Origin: an uncultured Thermoleophilia bacterium
Lineage (GTDB): Bacteria > Actinomycetota > Thermoleophilia > UBA2241
Assembly (NCBI GenBank): GCA_963702475.1
Contig: CAVPCT010000001.1
Location: 96,001-160,000 of the forward strand
DNA length: 64,000 bases
Direction: 5' to 3'
The notes under the pieces were generated by a model. That model made no database searches. It was not told the origin of the DNA and saw only the letters and a program-made list of their open reading frames with translations. Positions 59,357 through 64,000 of this stretch are shown one piece after another. Within the stretch, counting starts at the first letter, position 1, and each line of letters begins with the position of its first letter. The translations under genes were made by a program, and so were the position numbers.

Positions 59357-59387
59357 CGGGTCCGCGCCGGCTGACGGGTCCGCGCCG
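59348..59387 (+). repeat. Tandem duplication of an 18-bp unit spanning the sulP stop codon
   Basis: GCCGGCTGACGGGTCCGC x2 plus GCCG. Confidence 0.8.
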
Positions 59388-59420
59388 TCCGTCGAGGAAG
59401 GACAGGTGGTTTCGAAACGT

Positions 59421-59436
59421 GTTACCGAGTGGAAAC
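59421..59436. promoter_or_regulatory. Weaker operator copy upstream of the 59480 gene
   Basis: GTTACC-GAGT-GGAAAC (11/12 arm positions match). Confidence 0.45.
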
Positions 59437-59479
59437 CTAGGGACAGTCCACTGCCCCAGCGTCAACGGAGGGAATCCGC

Positions 59480-59935
59480 ATGCCCGACGATATCCAGAAG
59501 GAGCTCGAAGACATCGAGGCCATGTTCGTGCAGGTCGCGAAGTCGATGACCGCCGTGGACGAGAAGGTCACCTTCCACGGCCTTTCCCCCGCCACCCTGT
59601 TCTTCTCCGACCGCCCCCAGCGCGTGGTCGGCCATCTCACGGCGAAGCAGTTCGTGGAGGAATGGGGCAAGGGCGAGAACAGCTTCGCCGTCGACCCGCC
59701 CAACGCCGTGATCAGCTTCCTCGAGGAGGGCGACGAGGCCCCGGAGGACGCTATCGTCGTGCTCAAGGACCCGCAGCTCGAGGGCGACGCGATCACCTAC
59801 GGCTACGAGGTGCTCGAGGGCGCCGTCCCGCCGAGCGGCGAGCACGTCTCCGTGTTCATAGACCCGTTCGGGCGGCCGCTCTCGCCGGTGTCGCTCGCCG
59901 GCATGAACCGGCGCGCGCGCCGGCGCGGCGTCTGA
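59480..59935 (+). CDS. Conserved hypothetical protein
   Basis: RBS GGAGGG; MFVQ.A...TL.FSDRP.RVVG...W..G.NSF..DPPNA...SVFID; followed by a GAGAGAGGGCGGCC/GGCCGCCCTCTCTC hairpin. Confidence 0.8.
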   Translation: MPDDIQKELEDIEAMFVQVAKSMTAVDEKVTFHGLSPATLFFSDRPQRVVGHLTAKQFVEEWGKGENSFAVDPPNAVISFLEEGDEAPEDAIVVLKDPQLEGDAITYGYEVLEGAVPPSGEHVSVFIDPFGRPLSPVSLAGMNRRARRRGV

Positions 59936-60163
59936 CCCGTCCCGCTCTTCCGCGGGCGGTGGAGAGAGGGCGGCCCCGGACCTCCGGCCGCCCTCTCTCT
60001 TGGTCTCAAGACATGACCGCCTCTCCCTCGTGCCCTGCCTGTCCGTCAGTACGTTCCCGCGGTCAGGCTTCACGCCGCTCCCGGCAGGCGACGGACCGCC
60101 GGAGGTAGAACCCTACGGCGACGGTCCGAGGGCGGCCGCTGGACCACGGCAGGGAGGTTGGGG

Positions 60164-60997
60164 ATGGGCGAGCTCACGCCGCGCCGCGGCGCGAGCCCCG
60201 GCGACGTGCTCTGGACCGACTGGCTGGAGCGCTCCACGCGCGCCAGACGCCAGAGCGACGTCGACTTCGAGAACGAGCGCCTGGAGTACCGGCGGCTCTT
60301 CAGCGAGGCCTGGGGCACGTTCCTGCTGGTCCTCGTAGCCGCCGGCGGCGGCGTGGTGGGCGCGCTGCCGTACGGCTCGAGCCTCACGTTGGCAACCAAG
60401 GCGCTGGCGCCGGGCATGATGGTGATGGGCATCATCTTCTTCATGGGCACCATCAGCGGCGCCCATCTGAACCCCGCCGTCACGCTCGCCTTCGCCGTGC
60501 GCGGCAACTTCCCCTGGAGACGCGTGCCCGGCTACGTCCTGGCCCAGTTCGCGGGGGCCGTGCTCGCGGCGCTGGTGCTGCAGTGGCTGTTCGGTGGGAT
60601 CATGAACGGCGCCACCGAGCCGGCTCAGGGGGTCAGCCCGCCCGTGGCCGTGCTCACCGAAGCTCTTCTCACGCTCGGCCTGGTGAGCGTCATCCTCGGC
60701 ACGGCCACCGGGGCCCGCAACATCGGAGTGGCCGGCGCCGTCGCGGTCGGCTCCTACATCGGCCTGGTGTCGGTGTGGGGCGCCCCTGTGACCGGGGCGT
60801 CCATGAACCCGATGCGCTCGATCGCGCCGGACCTCGTGGGCGGCGACCTGAGCCACTACTGGATCTACCTCGCCGGGCCGGTCCTCGGCGCCATGGTCGC
60901 CGTGCTCTTCGAGTACATCCTGCGGGGCAAGGCCACGAAGGCGGGCGCGGCGGCTGCGCAGGGTATCCTCAGCGAGCGGGACCCGTCCGGGCTCTGA
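60164..60997 (+). CDS. MIP family channel (aquaporin)
   Basis: E..GTF, SGAHLNPAVT, GASMNPMRS, WIY..GP. Confidence 0.9.
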   Translation: MGELTPRRGASPGDVLWTDWLERSTRARRQSDVDFENERLEYRRLFSEAWGTFLLVLVAAGGGVVGALPYGSSLTLATKALAPGMMVMGIIFFMGTISGAHLNPAVTLAFAVRGNFPWRRVPGYVLAQFAGAVLAALVLQWLFGGIMNGATEPAQGVSPPVAVLTEALLTLGLVSVILGTATGARNIGVAGAVAVGSYIGLVSVWGAPVTGASMNPMRSIAPDLVGGDLSHYWIYLAGPVLGAMVAVLFEYILRGKATKAGAAAAQGILSERDPSGL

Positions 60998-61079
60998 AGC
61001 GCCGCCGAGGGACCTGCCGCGAGAGAGGCGCCCGGGCCAACGGCCGGCGCGGCGCCGGCCCAGGCGGCGGACCGGCGCG

Positions 61080-62615
61080 TCAGGCGCCGAGCCAGGCGCG
61101 CAAGGCGGCCTCGACCGGCTCGCGGCCGCGCTCCACGCGTGCGTCGAAGCGCCGCGGCCGGGTGCGCGCCTCGCGCAGCTGGGCGGGTACCGCGGCGTTC
61201 GGGGCGAGCTCCACGACGCGGTCGAGCAGGGCGATGTCGTCCTCCTCACCCGGGATAGGCTCGCCGGCGGCGACGCCGCGCAGGCCGCGGACGACGTCGG
61301 CGGCGAACTTGCTCCAGTGCGCGGTGCTCACGACGAGCACCGGAGCCCCTTCGCCGCCGAGCTCCTCGGCGACCTTCCACGCCACGGCCGTGTGCGGGTC
61401 CATCAGGTAGCCGTGGCGCTCGTGCACCTCGCCGATGGTCCGTAGGCAGGTGTCGTTGTCGACCCATGCGCCGACGAGCATGCTCGTCAGCTGTGCGCGC
61501 GTGGCCACGTCGACCTCGAAGCGACCGCCCTGCTTGAGGTCCTGCATCCAGCCGCGGACGACGGCCGGGTCGCCGCGGAGGTCGTACAGCAGACGCTCGA
61601 GGTTGGACGAGATGAGGATGTCCATGGACGGCGACGGCGTCTTCACCAGGCCTCTGGCCGAGATGTCGTACACCCCGGTATCGATGAAGTCGGTGAGCAC
61701 GTTGTTGGTGTTGCTGGCGCACAGCAGGCGGCCGATAGGCACGCCCATGCGCTGCGCGTAGTAGGCGGCGAGGATGTTGCCGAAGTTGCCGGTGGGTACG
61801 CATACGTCGAGCGGGTCGCCGGGGCGCAGGTAGCCGAAGGCTGCCATGTCGGCGTAGGCGCTCACGTAGTAGGCGATCTGCGGCATGAGCCGGCCCCAGT
61901 TGATGGAGTTGGCCGACGACAGCGCCAGGCCGTGTCTCGCGGCCAGCTCCTCGGCGAAGGCGCCGTCGTCGAACACGGCCTTCACCGAGCTCTGGCAGTC
62001 GTCGAAGTCCCCGCCCAGGCGGAAGACCGACAGATTGTCACCCGGCTGGGTGACCATCTGCAGCTCCTGGAGCGCGCTCACGCCGGCGTCGGGGTAGAAG
62101 ACCACGATCCTCGTGTGAGCCCTGTCGGCGAAGCCGTTCAGGGCGGCGACGCCGGTGTCGCCGCTCGTCGCCACGAGGATCAGGAAGTCGAGCGTCTTCG
62201 GGTCGTGGGCGCGTGCCTGTCCAAGCGCCTGGGTGAAGAACAGCGGCATGCACTGCAGCGCCATGTCCTTGAACGCCAGGGTGGGGCCGTGCCACAGCTC
62301 GAGCACGAAGCGCCCCGGGGTGACTCTGCGCACCGGCGCCACGTGCGGGTCGTCGAAGTTGGCGCCGTAGGCGGACGCGGCGATACGCAGCGTCTCGGCG
62401 TGGTCCACGTCGAGGCCGAAGGCCTGATAGACCCAGGCGGCCCGCTCGAAGTAGGGCAGACCGGCCAGCCTGAGCAGGTCGTCCACCGTGACCAGGGGCA
62501 GCTCCTCGGGCACGAAGAGCCCGCCGCCGGGCGCGATGCCCTCGAGGATGGCCTCAGTGAAGAGCCGCGGTCGGTCGCACAGCCCGCGCGTGTCCTGGTA
62601 GGCGATGACGGTCAT
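61080..62615 (-). CDS. thrC: Threonine synthase
   Basis: GGLFVP, ELWHGPTLAFKD (PLP Lys), ATSGDTG, SANSINWGR, VPTGNFGN, SPSMDI, DPHTA. Confidence 0.93.
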   Translation of the reverse strand: MTVIAYQDTRGLCDRPRLFTEAILEGIAPGGGLFVPEELPLVTVDDLLRLAGLPYFERAAWVYQAFGLDVDHAETLRIAASAYGANFDDPHVAPVRRVTPGRFVLELWHGPTLAFKDMALQCMPLFFTQALGQARAHDPKTLDFLILVATSGDTGVAALNGFADRAHTRIVVFYPDAGVSALQELQMVTQPGDNLSVFRLGGDFDDCQSSVKAVFDDGAFAEELAARHGLALSSANSINWGRLMPQIAYYVSAYADMAAFGYLRPGDPLDVCVPTGNFGNILAAYYAQRMGVPIGRLLCASNTNNVLTDFIDTGVYDISARGLVKTPSPSMDILISSNLERLLYDLRGDPAVVRGWMQDLKQGGRFEVDVATRAQLTSMLVGAWVDNDTCLRTIGEVHERHGYLMDPHTAVAWKVAEELGGEGAPVLVVSTAHWSKFAADVVRGLRGVAAGEPIPGEEDDIALLDRVVELAPNAAVPAQLREARTRPRRFDARVERGREPVEAALRAWLGA

Positions 62616-62703
62616 GGCCCGGGGATTGTATCCCATCCCGGTCGCCCGGCTCCTCCGGCGGGCGCGGCGCCTCGCCGCCGGGATCCGCTCCTGCGACTCG
62701 GGG

Positions 62704-62737
62704 TTGACACTCGCTCACGATGCGTTACGATATATCG
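62704..62737 (+). promoter_or_regulatory. padR promoter with overlapping palindromic operator
   Basis: TTGACA-N16-TACGAT; CGATATATCG palindrome at 62728-62737 overlaps the -10. Confidence 0.7.
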
Positions 62738-62762
62738 CGTTACAGCGATGCAAGGAGAATGC

Positions 62763-63308
62763 ATGATGACGTTCTGGACACAGGTGGCGGAGCGCGGTGC
62801 GGACCAGCGCTGCAAGTTCGGCCACGGACCTCACGGGCACGAGCGCGGCCCGTGGTCACGCGCCCGTCGCGGCCACGTGCGCGCCGCCATCCTCTCGGTG
62901 CTGGGCGACGGGTCGATGCACGGCTACGAGATCATGCAGCGCCTCGAAGAGCGCAGCGGCGGCATGTGGCGGCCCAGCCCCGGCTCGGTCTACCCGACGC
63001 TGCAGATGCTCGAGGACGAGGGTCTCGTCAAGGGAGTGGAGGCCGACGGCAAGCGCGTCTACGAGCTGACCGAGGCCGGCAAGATGGCCGCCGCCGAGAG
63101 CAGGGAGCGGCACGGCACCCCGTGGGAGCAGGGCGAGGACCGGGAGGCGTCGCCGCGGTTCAGGCTGCGGCGCTCGGTGTTCCAGCTCGGCGCCGCCGTG
63201 AGGCAGGTCGGCACCGCCGGCACCGCTGCCCAGGTCGAGCAGACCCTCGAGATCCTGACCGAAGCGCGCAAGCGCATCTACGCGATGCTCGCCGAGGGCG
63301 AGGAGTGA
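62763..63308 (+). CDS. PadR family transcriptional regulator
   Basis: RRG.VR.AIL, HGYEIM, W.PSPGSVYP.L..LEDEG, Y.LT..G; RBS AAGGAG. Confidence 0.92.
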   Translation: MMTFWTQVAERGADQRCKFGHGPHGHERGPWSRARRGHVRAAILSVLGDGSMHGYEIMQRLEERSGGMWRPSPGSVYPTLQMLEDEGLVKGVEADGKRVYELTEAGKMAAAESRERHGTPWEQGEDREASPRFRLRRSVFQLGAAVRQVGTAGTAAQVEQTLEILTEARKRIYAMLAEGEE

Positions 63309-63344
63309 GGGACCGGCCGGGACCACGGTCCCGGCCGTGCGCTC

Positions 63345-64000
63345 TCAGGCCGGCCGGCGCCCGGGAGCTTGGGGGGCCGGCAGGACGCGGCGCCGCCCGT
63401 TGCGCCTGGACACGGCGCCGCGCAGGTCGGCGGCGTGGCGCCAGCCGGGCGCCGGAGAGGGGCGCCCGCGCCGCGCGATGAGTTCCACGACGCGGGGGTC
63501 GGGCGTCCAGATGCAGGCGCCGCCGGGATCCGGCGTCTCGTCAGGGGCGATCGCCCGGGTGCCGGCTTGGGCGACGGCGCCGGCGGGCGCCGTCGTGGAT
63601 CCGGCGGTCTCGGGCAGCGCGTGCACGCGCTGCGGGTCGAGGCCGAGGGCCACGAGGCGGCGCGCGTCGCTCCGCGTCTGCGTGAACACCTCGTCGAGCA
63701 TCCCCGCGAACCAGCGCACGTACCGCCACGCCTCGCGCGATACCCTCGAACCCGACGAGAGCCGCTCCACCGCCGTAAGCACGTCGCTGTGGACGGTGCC
63801 GGTCACCGGCAGGTGCAGCACCTTGGCCGCCAGCAGCCCGGCCAGCCCCATGCCGCCGGCGCTGTCCACGTGGATGGCGGTGCAGTCCCGCTCGTAGAGA
63901 TGGTCGAGCACATCGAGAAGGGGCGGCGCCACGAGCGTTTGTCCGGGCTGCAGGCGCGAGGGCCATGCCGCGCCGGCCGCGAAGTCCATGCCTCCGGGGT
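63345..64000 (-). CDS. 3' end of a GT4-like glycosyltransferase gene starting beyond the window (appears degenerate or truncated)
   Basis: PPLL.VLD.LY....TAIH..S.G.MGLAGL.AA..L.LPV.GT.H.D resembles the GT4 N-domain; the nucleotide-sugar-binding domain is absent before the stop. Confidence 0.5.
   Translation of the reverse strand, partial: PGGMDFAAGAAWPSRLQPGQTLVAPPLLDVLDHLYERDCTAIHVDSAGGMGLAGLLAAKVLHLPVTGTVHSDVLTAVERLSSGSRVSREAWRYVRWFAGMLDEVFTQTRSDARRLVALGLDPQRVHALPETAGSTTAPAGAVAQAGTRAIAPDETPDPGGACIWTPDPRVVELIARRGRPSPAPGWRHAADLRGAVSRRNGRRRVLPAPQAPGRRPA

Noticed and set aside
59348-59387. CRISPR-like repeat or insertion target-site duplication
   Set aside because: Two abutting copies with no spacer, cas gene or transposase; likely slippage.
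75-63481. Many long alternative-frame or antisense ORFs (e.g. 75..1634, 20074..22842, 42657..45755, 57538..60108)
   Set aside because: Arg/Gly/Ala/Pro-rich shadows of real genes, expected at this GC content; no recognisable motifs.

Overview
A very GC-rich (roughly 70%+ by eye) chromosomal window. It is probably actinobacterial, possibly a Thermoleophilia-like anaerobe or microaerophile. This is an inference from SepF, Rpf/SLT-like secreted proteins, leaderless TANNNT-N6/7-start genes, GC hairpin terminators without U-tails, rubrerythrin, hemerythrin and NfnAB. I recognised no rRNA, tRNA, CRISPR array or intact mobile element. Highlights: (1) a two-gene form II RuBisCO (cbbM)-phosphoribulokinase operon with a perfect FNR/CRP-type TTGAC-N4-GTCAA box upstream; (2) a tusA-dsrE-iscS-iscU operon whose IscS lacks the PLP-binding lysine (SANELYGP instead of SxHKxYGP) and whose IscU is fused to a degenerate thioredoxin-reductase NADP(H)-domain, a candidate desulfurase-independent Fe-S assembly or sulfur-relay system; (3) NfnAB/SudAB with an extra Cys-rich N-terminal domain on the large subunit; (4) a ~21 kb cluster (gadB, two SulP, ClC, DUF1269, SHOCT, DUF6325, DUF1269-sulfatase fusion, DUF2252, ABC1 kinase, aquaporin) carrying a recurrent GTTACC-N4-GGTAAC operator next to a TetR gene; (5) several decayed gene fragments. 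Where an RBS or overlap supports a later start than the ORF track, I trimmed the start codon. All family calls come from motif recognition by eye, not from database searches.
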